A stretch of 64,000 nucleotides of DNA from Chitinispirillaceae bacterium (GCA_016929595.1 JAFGIN010000044.1:14269-78268); one strand, 5' to 3'; counted from the first letter of the stretch, positions 50,603-61,616 are shown. The notes: generated by a model from the letters alone, not told the origin. Translations and numbers: made by a program.

Positions 50603-51843
50603 GCTATCAGATGACAAATTCCACTATGAGACCTGAAACAACCAGTCCCGCTACTCCTGCGCATTCAGATAGAACAGATCAGGCACAATCGCCTCATTCT
50701 TCTATTTTTCTATTTGTAATCCGCGCAGGCTTTAGAATTCTTACCGTACTCTTCTTTGTTCTTGGCTTTCTCTTTCTTTTCAGCAATACCTACCGGGTAT
50801 CTGAGGGTATGGTTGCTATTCACAGCCGACTGGGAAAACTGTCCGGCATTGAATCTTCAGTTAAAGCACCTGGTGGCCCCTATTGGGCGTTCCCCTTTCC
50901 AGCAGACAAGATAGTAAAGTTGCCGACAGCGATACAAAAGGTAATGATCAACCGGGCATTTTTGTTCGAGGATTCCTCTGCAAATCTTGAAAAAGCAAAA
51001 TTAAGAGCAGCATCATTTCAGCCTGGTGTACATGGTTCACTCATAACAGGTGATAAGAATATTGTTCAGGGCACATGGATTGTACATTATCGAATTGATT
51101 TCTCCTCTGATAATTTTCAAAGCCGGACCAATGTCATTCATTTCATCAAAAAAATTGGCACGATACAAAAATCTGCCGAAATAGTAAAAGTTTTCTCCGA
51201 ACAGGCGATTATAAGGGCGGTTGGAGCGATAGCCGTTTCCGATTTTATCAGCGGTAAAATTGATCATGATGCCGTAAAGACAAGAATCCAGCAAAAAATT
51301 GACACCCTTGAACTTGGTGTTAGAATAGTCAGTCTCTCCGCTTCCCGATATGGCCCACCAGCTGTGCTTGAAAGTGATTTTCAGGCTGCTACCCAGGCTG
51401 AAAGTGAAAAGGCACTCCAGATTGAAAAAGCAATCAGGTACCGTACTACCACACTCAATGAAGTTGCGGGAGAGCAGTGGGAAAATTTACTCAACGAAAT
51501 TACGATGTATGAGCAGGCAATAACATCTAATAATCCTGAACAACAAAAGAGCACCCATCAAACAATAGAAAACATTCTAAGCTCTTCAACAATTGGTGGT
51601 TATGTCGCCACACAACTGGAGAGAGCAAGGACTGAAAAAACAAAAACAATCGAAAAAGCACGCTCCTCTGTATCGCGTTTCACTGAACTGTATGATGCGT
51701 ACCATCGAGACCCGCATATTTTGAAGAATCAGCTTTTCCAGGATGTTCTAGAAGAGGTGTTTTCGGGTCCGTTTGTTAAAGTGTACTGGCTTCCACCTGG
51801 ACAGCAGATTTATCTTGGTGCTCTTGATAAAACGCAGGAATAA
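50599..51843 (+). CDS. HflK-like SPFH/band-7 membrane protein.
   Basis: The N-terminal TM (ILTVLFFVLGFLFLF), the SPFH core (RVSEGMVAIHSRLGKLSGIE...YWAFPFPADKIVKLP), and a coiled-coil C-terminus. Confidence 0.7.
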   Translation: MSYQMTNSTMRPETTSPATPAHSDRTDQAQSPHSSIFLFVIRAGFRILTVLFFVLGFLFLFSNTYRVSEGMVAIHSRLGKLSGIESSVKAPGGPYWAFPFPADKIVKLPTAIQKVMINRAFLFEDSSANLEKAKLRAASFQPGVHGSLITGDKNIVQGTWIVHYRIDFSSDNFQSRTNVIHFIKKIGTIQKSAEIVKVFSEQAIIRAVGAIAVSDFISGKIDHDAVKTRIQQKIDTLELGVRIVSLSASRYGPPAVLESDFQAATQAESEKALQIEKAIRYRTTTLNEVAGEQWENLLNEITMYEQAITSNNPEQQKSTHQTIENILSSSTIGGYVATQLERARTEKTKTIEKARSSVSRFTELYDAYHRDPHILKNQLFQDVLEEVFSGPFVKVYWLPPGQQIYLGALDKTQE

Positions 51844-52114
51844 TTTATCAGGCTCAACCGGTTCCCAATTGATACAAACTAGTGATGCAGGGATTTGTTG
51901 GTATTGATATACTTTTGTTTTTCACTGGCGCCAAGTCATTCGCCATCCAAAAGAACAGATTTCAAAGCCACTCATCCTCATTCTAAATATAAACGGTCTT
52001 CAGAGGTATTTTGAAACAACTGCTAAGTAAGCATAACCTCTTGAAATATCACCGAAAATAGAGTACAATCAGCATTCAATTCTCTTCTTCTTAATTTGTT
52101 AATTTTGAGGTGTT

Positions 52115-53635
52115 ATGGTTTATATCATTCTTCTTGCGGCAATATGTTGTATCTCTTACATCATGAAAATTCCCTATTTCAAATTGCCTCTTGACAGAGA
52201 CTATGGAGCGCATGGGTATATAGCTTACCGATGGCTCAAAGGTACAGATCTCATGTACCGGGATATTTATGAAAGTAAAACACCCGGATTAAAACTTATT
52301 TATATGTTCATTATCAAGTATTTTGGTATCAACCGCAAATCATTTCGGCAGTTTTTCGCTTATTACAATGTACTTACAACAATAGCGGTTTATCTATTGG
52401 GAGCCGTGCTATTGAACCCGGCAGCAGGCCTGATAGCCGCCCTTCTATTCGCATTATACTCGAGTGTACCAAGTCTTTGGTGGCATTTTTCAAATATGGA
52501 ATCATATTATTCTTTGCCCATGGTGCTCTCCATTTTGTTCTACGTGCTTGGTTCAGACGAACAAACAATCCGAACGCTACTGTACCTGTTTTTAAGCGGA
52601 TTTTTCTCCAGCATCACATTTATGTTCAAACAGCCTTCGCTGATAAATACCACCGCACCAATTCTACTCTGCATAGCCATCTCTCCACCGCATTCACTTT
52701 TTCTTGATGGCCTGTTATATTGTGCAGGTTATTGCATACCTGTGATAATCTTTTTTGTTTACTTTTTAGTTTTAAAAAAGACACCATGGGCAAAAATGCC
52801 TTTCAGCAAAGAAATCATGAAGCTTATCACCGGATACCTTAAAACCCCTCTGAGCCAGGCAAACAAAGTTGTAAAAGAGCATACCCGCCGACGGTTCAGA
52901 ACCATTTTTTCTGATCTGTTTTTTTTAATCACAGTTTCAGTTGCCGGGGTTCTTTTTTTTATGACCTCTAATCATCCGAATGCGTTACTGATCGGTGCAT
53001 GGATTGGCCTTGCATTCATTTCAGCTATTTTTTCACGTACCTATCTCCCCTATCATTTCATCCCAACGGTAGCTCCCATGTGTGTTGCCGGAGGTGTTCT
53101 GATTTTTGAGTTCTTTTCTCATCTAACAACAACGGGGCTGAGTAATGTTAGCGTTTCTGATTGTGGCAGTGCCGGAGCAATCCTGGTGCTGTTCCTGTTC
53201 ACATTATATCAGCTGATAAAAGATCTTTTGATGTCAACAGATTTGCTTGGCAATTTTTACAGTGGTGAAGATAAGGTCTATGCTATTTGTGAAGAGGTTG
53301 GTAAATATATCAAACGTACAACGAAAGAAACTGATTATGTTTATTCCTGGGGACATCAGCCTGATATTTATCTATGGTCGGAGAGGAGGGCTCCGGTGTA
53401 TTGTATTTATCCCCCAATTACCAACCCCCTTGTTTTTAGCAAAGAACATATCGCGGAAGAATTAAGACAACTTGACACCAATAAACCAGTGTATTTTGTT
53501 ATTACCTCAGAGTTTGGCCAGTTTAAGGAGTTTGAACATTTCCTGACTGCTGATTACACACTCATTCAAAAATTCGAACCATTTCTTTATCTTTTCAAAC
53601 TAAAAAACCATCAAGTGAGTGAAGCGACGGCATGA
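52115..53635 (+). CDS. Polytopic GT-C fold glycosyltransferase (ArnT/PMT_2-like).
   Basis: A GAGGTG Shine-Dalgarno site, at least 10 TM helices, and an N-terminal loop (DRDYGAHGYIAYRWLKGTDLMYRDIYESKTPGLKLIY) typical of PMT_2/ArnT. Confidence 0.5.
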   Translation: MVYIILLAAICCISYIMKIPYFKLPLDRDYGAHGYIAYRWLKGTDLMYRDIYESKTPGLKLIYMFIIKYFGINRKSFRQFFAYYNVLTTIAVYLLGAVLLNPAAGLIAALLFALYSSVPSLWWHFSNMESYYSLPMVLSILFYVLGSDEQTIRTLLYLFLSGFFSSITFMFKQPSLINTTAPILLCIAISPPHSLFLDGLLYCAGYCIPVIIFFVYFLVLKKTPWAKMPFSKEIMKLITGYLKTPLSQANKVVKEHTRRRFRTIFSDLFFLITVSVAGVLFFMTSNHPNALLIGAWIGLAFISAIFSRTYLPYHFIPTVAPMCVAGGVLIFEFFSHLTTTGLSNVSVSDCGSAGAILVLFLFTLYQLIKDLLMSTDLLGNFYSGEDKVYAICEEVGKYIKRTTKETDYVYSWGHQPDIYLWSERRAPVYCIYPPITNPLVFSKEHIAEELRQLDTNKPVYFVITSEFGQFKEFEHFLTADYTLIQKFEPFLYLFKLKNHQVSEATA

Positions 53636-53690
53636 TCGGTTTCCATGTAATCTCAATCTTACTGGCATATTCAGGTTTGCCTTACCAACT

Positions 53691-54392
53691 TTACTGAACC
53701 TTTTTTAATACCAGAATAATATTCATTGAAAATCTTCTTTGGGGATCGAGAATCATATCGAGCAATGCTGCTGCTGTTGTAAGAATTTTAGTCACAGGCC
53801 TGATCGCAAAATGGAGCCTGGTAATGTATAGAATAGTTGATAACGGTATAGAAACTATATTTATGAGGAAATGAGCTATTCCACCACTTGAAATTAATTT
53901 ACATACTTTAAAACCTGTTTTTTCTGACAATTTGATCATTCCATATCTTGTAAACCTGAAATAATCATCAGGAGCTCCATGTAAATAAAAGATAAAAGGT
54001 ACCGATATAAGCAATACTCCGTTTTCTTTTAGAATGCGATAAAATTCGTCGAATGCATTCCAGGGTTCTGGTGTATGTTCCAGCACAGAATGACAAAAAA
54101 TAGAATCATACGAGTTATTTTTTAAAGGAAATGATTTGGTAACATCAAAAATCATATCAAGGTTTTTGTGTGTAATACAGAAGTCTGAGCTATGATAATT
54201 TTTTGCTGCACTTTTTACAATATATTTCCATGCGAGGTTTCCGGCTCCAATATCAAGTACCCGTCCGGAAATATATCGATTTATCAGTTGTTCTATATCT
54301 TTGTAAATTGAATAATTCTGTACTGCAATAGTCCAGTATTTTGCAGAGCCGATAGTATCCTTATTAAGTTTTTGCCAATATTTTTTAAGCAT
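53691..54392 (-). CDS. Class I SAM-dependent methyltransferase.
   Basis: RVLDIGAGNLAWKYI (motif I) and a Methyltransf_11-like core. Confidence 0.7.
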   Translation of the reverse strand: MLKKYWQKLNKDTIGSAKYWTIAVQNYSIYKDIEQLINRYISGRVLDIGAGNLAWKYIVKSAAKNYHSSDFCITHKNLDMIFDVTKSFPLKNNSYDSIFCHSVLEHTPEPWNAFDEFYRILKENGVLLISVPFIFYLHGAPDDYFRFTRYGMIKLSEKTGFKVCKLISSGGIAHFLINIVSIPLSTILYITRLHFAIRPVTKILTTAAALLDMILDPQRRFSMNIILVLKKVQ

Positions 54393-54813
54393 GAAAATTC
54401 AGATCCCTTTTATGTTTCTGCATTTTAAAATCATTTTTTTGTGGATATTTCTTACAAGTCTGTGTGAGTACTGCCAATAGACCCTTTCATTTCATGTCTT
54501 CACATCAACCCGGTTCTCATTCTACATTGTTTTATTGTCAAGTTCGATCTCTTCTGTTATTTGATTTTAATCGAGGTAATTTTTTTTATATTTCTCTTTA
54601 CTGTGTACCGCTTTTCTACAACAGCAGATACTACATGCCAAATCAGCTCAATTTCAACGACCGAATAATACAGAGGCTTTCATTTTGAAGTCGTGGTCGG
54701 GATCGCAATCGGTATCGGCATCGAAAAACTCCGCATTTGAGAATCGATCCCGATCCGATACCGACAGCGACCCCGATTACTGCTCAACACAAGCGGTCAC
54801 GTAAATATTGGTG

Positions 54814-55620
54814 TCAATGTACCTGAATAGTTACTTTTAATCTTACGAATATGTACTCATTGCACCCTGTTGGAACTTCCGCAGCTACTTTTTTGATACA
54901 GCTGAAACCTTCCTTTTCAACCAGTTCAATCATTTCCTTTTCACTTGCGTACTCATAGGGATAACCACCAACCCAGTCCACTACATTGTAATAGAAATCC
55001 ATCCCACGCATCAGGTTAAGCGGATTTTTCCTGGTTACCAAAATTTTAGCGATGAAAATCACTGGATACATTAGGGCAATTAGTACTTTTTTCATAAATG
55101 ATGGCGATATACAGTAGAGCCATTTGATAAATAACCATGGCTTACTAGTTATGTGTTTATTGTAAATAGCACAGATAAAATAACCATCGTCATTTACCAG
55201 TGATAAGGCATTTTTTAATGCGAGCTTCATGTCTCCTGTATGATGCAATACACCCCAGGAATGAACGATTTCAAATAATTCGTTGCCATTAATTTGAGTT
55301 GTTAGCTGTTGAATTGTTGAAGGGTCAAGTATAGAACCGACGACTACAGGAATATCGCCCTGAATTCCCATAAGTGATGCTGTTTTCTTCAATGCATCAT
55401 AACACTTTGGATTTATATCGTTTCCATACACTTCTGCTCCGGCTTCTTTAGCAAATAATAGTGAAAGTCCCTGACCAAAGCCAATATCAAGGAATCTTTT
55501 ATTTTTCAGTTCTATACCGGTAAATAATTCGTGAAAATCTATTCGTGCTTCCTCGATTTTTTTCCGAGTCAGAGCCCTTTTAGAGAAATCAAGCCAGTTC
55601 TGTCCAAAATCAAACTGCAT
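54814..55620 (-). CDS. Class I SAM-dependent methyltransferase.
   Basis: RFLDIGFGQGLSLLFAKEAGAEVYGNDIN. Confidence 0.7.
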   Translation of the reverse strand: MQFDFGQNWLDFSKRALTRKKIEEARIDFHELFTGIELKNKRFLDIGFGQGLSLLFAKEAGAEVYGNDINPKCYDALKKTASLMGIQGDIPVVVGSILDPSTIQQLTTQINGNELFEIVHSWGVLHHTGDMKLALKNALSLVNDDGYFICAIYNKHITSKPWLFIKWLYCISPSFMKKVLIALMYPVIFIAKILVTRKNPLNLMRGMDFYYNVVDWVGGYPYEYASEKEMIELVEKEGFSCIKKVAAEVPTGCNEYIFVRLKVTIQVH

Positions 55621-56752
55621 TCACATAATCCTTCATTATTGACTTTGCTGAAACAGTCCAGGAATATCGGGTTTGGGCCAGATGACGGGAGTATGAAGCC
55701 ATTGAGCTATACTGCTTAACAGCAATTATTCTTATCATAGATTCACTCAAGCTGTTACTATCCTCCAGATTAAACAGGTACCCATTTTTTTTATCTGTTA
55801 CTAATTCATTATTTCCACCTATATTGCTGGCAATTACAGGTAATCCGCATGCCATTGCTTCCAGTACAGCATTGGGCATTCCCTCATCTAAGGATGGATT
55901 GACAAAGCAGTGTGCCGACTGGTACAGTAAAGGAAGGTCATTTTTAACAGTCCATGATTTCAGAAAAACGGAATTTTTGAGAACTGAAGAAGATTCAATT
56001 TTTTGTATCAAAGTTTCCTTTTCCGGTCCACCACCTGCGAGTATCAGACATGCTTTATTTTCTCTGTTTGCTATTTCAAATTGTGATAAAAGATACAGCA
56101 GATTTTTTTGATTTACAAATCGTCCTACGAACAAAAATGTAAATACCTTTTTGTATTCCTGATTGCAGGGCTTGAAAAAAGTAGTGTCAACTCCATTGGG
56201 AACCATCTCAACAATGCGTTTTATTCTGCCAGCAGTCATATTTGCCAGATCGCAAAGCCGCGTACTATTTGCAATCAACAGTTCAGCTTTTTTCCAAATC
56301 GCTAATGTAAAAGGCATCGTTATCGTATGGAGTAAACCGAGATGTTCAGGAAGAAACCCCGGAACATCTCCGCCTCTTAGGAGCACTATGTAAGGAACAC
56401 GCAATCTGGTGCATAACCTGTGTGCGACTAAACCGCAGGGAATGGAAAAAAATGCAATAGACAAATCATATTTTTGATCTGCAATCAGACTGACAGCTTT
56501 CTTATAAGCCGCAACAACATAGCTGAGCATCTCTACAGGATTGGATTGTTCCATTTTTTTTCGAAGTGACTTTACCCGGTAAACAGTCACATTATCCTGT
56601 TCTACTGAAATTTCATCCAGTCCTGAAAACCAGGTTGTAATAACATCGGTAACAATACCCATTCTCCCCCATTCTCTTGAAAGAAAAAAGGTCGCATTAC
56701 CCGCACCCCCTCCAAGTGGAGGGTATTCATAATTGAGTACTAAAACACGCAT
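55610..56752 (-). CDS. Glycosyltransferase family 1 (GT4-like).
   Basis: The N-terminal MRVLVLNYEYPPLGGGAGN and the C-terminal DEGMPNAVLEAMACGLPVIASNIGGNNELV. Confidence 0.8.
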   Translation of the reverse strand: MRVLVLNYEYPPLGGGAGNATFFLSREWGRMGIVTDVITTWFSGLDEISVEQDNVTVYRVKSLRKKMEQSNPVEMLSYVVAAYKKAVSLIADQKYDLSIAFFSIPCGLVAHRLCTRLRVPYIVLLRGGDVPGFLPEHLGLLHTITMPFTLAIWKKAELLIANSTRLCDLANMTAGRIKRIVEMVPNGVDTTFFKPCNQEYKKVFTFLFVGRFVNQKNLLYLLSQFEIANRENKACLILAGGGPEKETLIQKIESSSVLKNSVFLKSWTVKNDLPLLYQSAHCFVNPSLDEGMPNAVLEAMACGLPVIASNIGGNNELVTDKKNGYLFNLEDSNSLSESMIRIIAVKQYSSMASYSRHLAQTRYSWTVSAKSIMKDYVNAV

Positions 56753-56761
56753 GATTATTCT

Positions 56762-58678
56762 TTAGCTGCAAAATCGTTCTTTCCACTTATGGAACATCAA
56801 TAGTGTCCACAACTGTTTCCTGTTATCTTTCATCCCTGAAAAATGCTCCTGCATCAATTGCCGGATATAGTTGAAATTGAATAAACCATCCTTTTTAATT
56901 GTATCTTCAACCAGTGTATTTTCAAGGACAGATCGCAGCTCTTCACGAAGCCACCTTGTAAGCGGGATCCCAAAGCCTTTCTTCTTACGGTAAATAATCT
57001 CTTTCGGTAATTTATGCTCCAGGGCTTTTTTAAGTATGTACTTGCGTGTTAAACCATGGAGTTTCAGCGAGCCCGGGAGATTATTTACAAATTCAGAGAA
57101 ATCAGTATCAAGAAACGGCGTACGGACTTCAAGGGAAACAGCCATGCTTGCCCGATCGATTTTTGTGAGAATATCTTCACCCAGATAAAAGTGTTCATAC
57201 ATAAAAGTTATTTCATCAATCCAGTCTCTATAGCTGCCATTGGCGCGTGCTTCATCGATTATCCCGTAAACATTGAAAGAGGACAACTCTTCTTTTACCA
57301 TATCAGAAAAAAGCATGTTCTGCTGCCCCAGTGGAAAAGCGCCCAGCCACGCCTGGTTTCTTATCGATACAGGATAATTCATACCTTTGATAAACTGTTT
57401 CAATCTGAAATCAAGACTCATGTTGTTGGTGGAAACAGGCATTCTTTCAATTAATGGCTCGACAACTCCGTGTTTCAAAAATTCCGGGATCTTTTCATAG
57501 AAATACGCAAGTTTATGAGCAAGAAATGGATCATATCCACAAAAGAGTTCATCCCCGCCATCCCCTCCAAGTGCAACAGTGACAGTTTCCCTGGTAAATT
57601 GTGAAAGCATATAGGTTGGCAGTATTGATGCATCAGCATAGGGTTCATCAAGGAAATTCCAGACCTTTGGCAATATAGCAAGCATCTCGTTTACTGTAAA
57701 TATTTTTTCCCGGTGATCGGTTTTAAAGCATTTGGCAACATGACGGGCATATGAGGATTCATCAAACGATCGATCTTCAAACCCGATTGAGAACGTTTTT
57801 ATACTGCGAGGATCGACAAAATCACACATGAGTGCAACAACAGCACTGGAATCTATACCACCACTTAAAAAGGTACCCAACGCAACATCACTCATCAGCC
57901 GTTTTTCAATTGCATCTCCTAAAAGGGAAATTATCTTCTCCTCGATCTCTTTTTCTGAAAACTTTATATTTTTATCTCCCGGAAAAGATATACTCCAGTA
58001 CTTTTTCACCGAAGAGGTTTTTCCATCACAGGTAAGGTATGCACCTGCCGGCAGCTTAAGAATATTTTTGTAAATTGAGAATGGTGTTGGAACATACTCA
58101 AAGGCGCAATACAGACTAAGACATCTGATATCGATCTCTGGCTTGAATGTCGGTAATTGTAGAAAAGCTTTTAATTCAGATGCAAAAACAATCCCGTTTG
58201 GAGACAGCCAGTAATAGAGTGGTTTTTTTCCAAAGCGGTCTCGTGCCAGAAGGAGTTTTCCCCTGCAGCAATCCCAGAGAGCAAATGCAAACATCCCTTT
58301 TATTTTTGAGCAAATCTCATTACCAAACTCTTCATATCCATGAATAATGACTTCGGTATCAGTACCTGATCTAAACGTGTGTCCCCGGCGGATCAGATCA
58401 TCTCTGAGGTCCTTATAATTGTAAATTTCTCCATTGAAACTGATCCAGACAGAATTATCTTCATTAGCCATTGGCTGGTGTCCCTGTGCAGAAAGGTCGA
58501 TAATACTCAATCGACGATGGCCCAATCCAGCATGTAATCCAGAATTTGCCGGACCTCTAAGGCACTGAAATCCGCCATCATCCGGCCCACGATGAATCAT
58601 GCTGTCAGTCATTACCCTGAGCACGTTTTCATCGACCATCATGTTATTATTTGTTACAATACCGGCAATTCCGCACAT
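56762..58678 (-). CDS. asnB: Asparagine synthase (glutamine-hydrolysing) family amidotransferase (AsnB-like).
   Basis: The N-terminal MCGIAGIV (Ntn Cys2), a GATase-II domain, and an Asn_synthase PP-loop (SGGIDSSAV). Confidence 0.85.
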   Translation of the reverse strand: MCGIAGIVTNNNMMVDENVLRVMTDSMIHRGPDDGGFQCLRGPANSGLHAGLGHRRLSIIDLSAQGHQPMANEDNSVWISFNGEIYNYKDLRDDLIRRGHTFRSGTDTEVIIHGYEEFGNEICSKIKGMFAFALWDCCRGKLLLARDRFGKKPLYYWLSPNGIVFASELKAFLQLPTFKPEIDIRCLSLYCAFEYVPTPFSIYKNILKLPAGAYLTCDGKTSSVKKYWSISFPGDKNIKFSEKEIEEKIISLLGDAIEKRLMSDVALGTFLSGGIDSSAVVALMCDFVDPRSIKTFSIGFEDRSFDESSYARHVAKCFKTDHREKIFTVNEMLAILPKVWNFLDEPYADASILPTYMLSQFTRETVTVALGGDGGDELFCGYDPFLAHKLAYFYEKIPEFLKHGVVEPLIERMPVSTNNMSLDFRLKQFIKGMNYPVSIRNQAWLGAFPLGQQNMLFSDMVKEELSSFNVYGIIDEARANGSYRDWIDEITFMYEHFYLGEDILTKIDRASMAVSLEVRTPFLDTDFSEFVNNLPGSLKLHGLTRKYILKKALEHKLPKEIIYRKKKGFGIPLTRWLREELRSVLENTLVEDTIKKDGLFNFNYIRQLMQEHFSGMKDNRKQLWTLLMFHKWKERFCS

Positions 58679-60381
58679 TATGTTTTCTCCGTATCATTGA
58701 GAATCCGCTCAACAACATAAAAATCCTTTTTCTGAACCTCAAAATAAAAACGGATCATAAGTTCACCAATGAGACCCATTGTCAATAATTGCATTGAAGA
58801 GAAAAAAAGTAGTGCTGTAAGAATGAGTATTGTGTTGAGCGAAATCGGAAGAAGGTGTGTTAATCCGCACACAGATAACGCCGCAAGAAGTAACAAGCCG
58901 GAACCGGCAACTTTTTTAGCAATTTTACCGAAAAACTGAATAGGCCTGGTCATGTAATCAGAAAAAAATCGCACAACTATCAGGTCAAATATTACACGTG
59001 AGACTCTTGACAGATTATATTTGGCGGTACCATGTATCCGTGGACGATGATTTACAGGGATTTCAGTCACCTTTACACCAATCCATGCGGCGAATACCGG
59101 GATAAACCGGTGCATTTCACCATAGAGATGAATATTTTTTACAATCCCGCTTTTATATGCCTTGAGCGTGCAGCCAAAATCACGGAGCTGAACATTTGTC
59201 CCTTCGATCAATTTATTGATAATACGGTTAGCAATCATGGATGGAATTTTCCGCGATAGCATTTTATCCTGCCGGTCTTTACGCCATCCATTGACAAGAT
59301 CGTACCCCTCAGACATTTTCTGAAGCAGTTTAGGAATATCAGCAGGATCATTCTGCAGATCTGCATCGAGCGTTATTATGACATCACCATGGGCATATTT
59401 AAACCCCGCACTGATAGCTGCTGTCTGCCCGTAATTGCGGCGAAAGAATATAACCTTAATGCGCTTATTCTCTTTTGCAAGAGCTGTCATTACATCCCTG
59501 CTTTTATCCCGGCTCCCGTCGTCAATAAGAATTATCTCATATTCCTGCTGCAATGATTTCAACGTCTCATCGAGTTCTTTACAGAGAATCGGAAGGTTTT
59601 CCTCTTCATTAAATACAGGAATTACAATCGAAAGGCCGATGTTTCCGGAAGTGATACTTTCCCCGAATTTGTCCAGGATCTGCATGGGAACAATCTGAAA
59701 TGATTGGTCAGAAAAACGCAACTCTTTCCTGACCGTCAGGTTTTCGGAATCTGCGGACGATTTAGCTGATGCAATTACTTTCGCAAGGTCTTTGACTTCA
59801 CTGTTTTGAGATTCTTTTTTAGTGCACAATGCAAGTACGTCATCTGCTTTGCCAATCTCACCAGTCTGAATATAGAGGTATCCCAGATTTATCATTGGGA
59901 CAAGGTAATCCGGGTTGATTTTAAATGCACGTAAAAAATGATCGATCGCCTCAGAATAATTCTGCAAAGTATTATGAATAACACCCATATCATTAAATAA
60001 TTGAGCATTATCGGGATGTAACCTGATACATCGCTGAAGCACTTCAATCGCATCAGTGAACCTCGCAGTATCCACAAGGTGCATCATATAATCGTACAGA
60101 TACTCAAAATGGTCTGGTTTGAGTGCAAGTGTATACTTATAGTAGATATCGCTCTTATCGGTTTTATCAGCTACCTGAAACAACTTCGCAAGAACAAAAG
60201 ACAGCTCAGGTACATTTCCCTTGATAGCAAACGCGTTTTCAAAACATTGAATTGCCGCCTCTATTGCCTGATTCTTTAAGAACTGACGACCATCATTGAT
60301 ATATTTATTAAAATCATCATGAGCTTCTACGGGTGTTACACTGCCCATAAAAAAAATCCTTTGAATACCAGACATGCTCAA
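58678..60381 (-). CDS. TPR-repeat / family-2 glycosyltransferase fusion (polyprenyl-phosphate sugar transferase-like, ArnC/GtrB-type) with C-terminal TM helices. The likely start is ATG 60375.
   Basis: About 190 aa of N-terminal TPRs, then LSIVIPVFNEEENLPIL...ILIDDGSRD...DADLQNDP, then two C-terminal TM segments. Confidence 0.75.
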   Translation of the reverse strand: MSMSGIQRIFFMGSVTPVEAHDDFNKYINDGRQFLKNQAIEAAIQCFENAFAIKGNVPELSFVLAKLFQVADKTDKSDIYYKYTLALKPDHFEYLYDYMMHLVDTARFTDAIEVLQRCIRLHPDNAQLFNDMGVIHNTLQNYSEAIDHFLRAFKINPDYLVPMINLGYLYIQTGEIGKADDVLALCTKKESQNSEVKDLAKVIASAKSSADSENLTVRKELRFSDQSFQIVPMQILDKFGESITSGNIGLSIVIPVFNEEENLPILCKELDETLKSLQQEYEIILIDDGSRDKSRDVMTALAKENKRIKVIFFRRNYGQTAAISAGFKYAHGDVIITLDADLQNDPADIPKLLQKMSEGYDLVNGWRKDRQDKMLSRKIPSMIANRIINKLIEGTNVQLRDFGCTLKAYKSGIVKNIHLYGEMHRFIPVFAAWIGVKVTEIPVNHRPRIHGTAKYNLSRVSRVIFDLIVVRFFSDYMTRPIQFFGKIAKKVAGSGLLLLAALSVCGLTHLLPISLNTILILTALLFFSSMQLLTMGLIGELMIRFYFEVQKKDFYVVERILNDTEKT

Positions 60382-60423
60382 TTGCAGTATTTTAAAATAT
60401 AAAGTATAAGATGAATGACAGGC

Positions 60424-60468
60424 TGCAACAAGGTAAAAATCTTTGGTTTTTATAGAGGTTATGAAGAT
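60424..60468. promoter_or_regulatory. Copy A of a ~45 bp conserved intergenic motif (ctgcaacaag.taaaaatctttggtttttatag.ggttatga). It lies about 45 nt upstream of the TPR-GT2 gene start.
   Basis: About 43/46 identity with copy B at 61617-61660. Confidence 0.6.
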
Positions 60469-60502
60469 TTATTTCAGTTGACAAGACTAAGGAAGGGGAC
60501 TT

Positions 60503-61408
60503 TTATTGCTCTTTTTTTCTGACAGTTAAAATTATTGGAGTCCAGGTCTTTGTCATGATCATAACATGTGCAATCAAATTATTGATCCCTGTTTTTTTTA
60601 ACAACATAAGCATTCTTTTAATTTTTCCCAGCCCTGCCCACGATTCAAAATTTATCGTTTTCATTCGTTCAAGAAAGACCTCTTCACCCAGTGAAAGAAT
60701 ATCAAAATGGTATTTTCCTTCGAGTTTTTTCATCAGTTTCGCCGTCCACCAGACATTAAGTTCCGTACGTAAAGTACGGGCAAAATCCGGGTTTTTTCTC
60801 CATAGAAATTTCACATACCATGGGAAAAAGTTCCTGCATAAAATTGGTGGATGAAAAACTGCATAATGTCCATCAAAAAAGGAGTGATAATTCGGAAAGA
60901 TCATTTGCATAGTTCCACCACACTTTAATACCCGTAAACCCTCATCAATAACATTTTCAGGGTTTGACGTGTGCTCCAGAACATTTGATGAAAATACCAG
61001 ATCAAACGTATTCTCCTTAAAAGGAATCTTTTCTCCGAAAGCAGGTATGACCCTTTCAGGATCCATTCTATTCTGTTTAAAAAGATCCCGAGTAATGCTG
61101 TTTGAAATTTCGAAACCAAACTCTTCAGGTTCAATACCGTATACATCCATATTAAACATTTTTGCCCAGACGATCAGGTTCATCCCACATCCCGTTCCAA
61201 TTTCCAGTACTTTTTTATTTTCCAGATCTGTATACATCTTAAATATATCAGCCTGATTTATTGCCTTGACTGGATTTACAAGATCTGCAGCGATTTTTTC
61301 AGGGTCTAATCCTGAAATTGATTTGAAAAAAATCCCTTGTGTCGAAACAATTCGTTGTTTGACTGACTCCGAAATTGTAAATGTGATATCAGATTTAATT
61401 TGTTTCAT
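60503..61408 (-). CDS. Class I SAM-dependent methyltransferase.
   Basis: VLEIGTGCGMNLIVWAKMFNMDVYGIEPE and LVFSSNVLEH. Confidence 0.7.
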   Translation of the reverse strand: MKQIKSDITFTISESVKQRIVSTQGIFFKSISGLDPEKIAADLVNPVKAINQADIFKMYTDLENKKVLEIGTGCGMNLIVWAKMFNMDVYGIEPEEFGFEISNSITRDLFKQNRMDPERVIPAFGEKIPFKENTFDLVFSSNVLEHTSNPENVIDEGLRVLKCGGTMQMIFPNYHSFFDGHYAVFHPPILCRNFFPWYVKFLWRKNPDFARTLRTELNVWWTAKLMKKLEGKYHFDILSLGEEVFLERMKTINFESWAGLGKIKRMLMLLKKTGINNLIAHVMIMTKTWTPIILTVRKKEQ

Positions 61409-61616
61409 TCAATTTCTCATTTAACATGTAGATAAGATTCAAGATATTTCTCATTCACAGGTGAGGCATCTATAACAATCAAATGACATTTTTTCATCAA
61501 AATTGATAAATACCTCCCCTGCCAACAACATCCATGTCACTTTTGATATCTATTGGCACGAATGTGTGCTCCATTCTGTATTGGATTTTTCATTATAGTA
61601 TAGAATGAATTACATA

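Noticed and set aside
54464-54688. A 74 aa ORF in the 420 bp intergenic region, plus an imperfect long inverted repeat at about 54690-54790.
   Set aside because: The ORF has no Shine-Dalgarno site and no domain. The inverted repeat (gtcgggatcgcaatcggtatcgg vs ccgataccgacagcgacc) is imperfect. It is probably just terminator/promoter sequence for the flanking methyltransferase genes.
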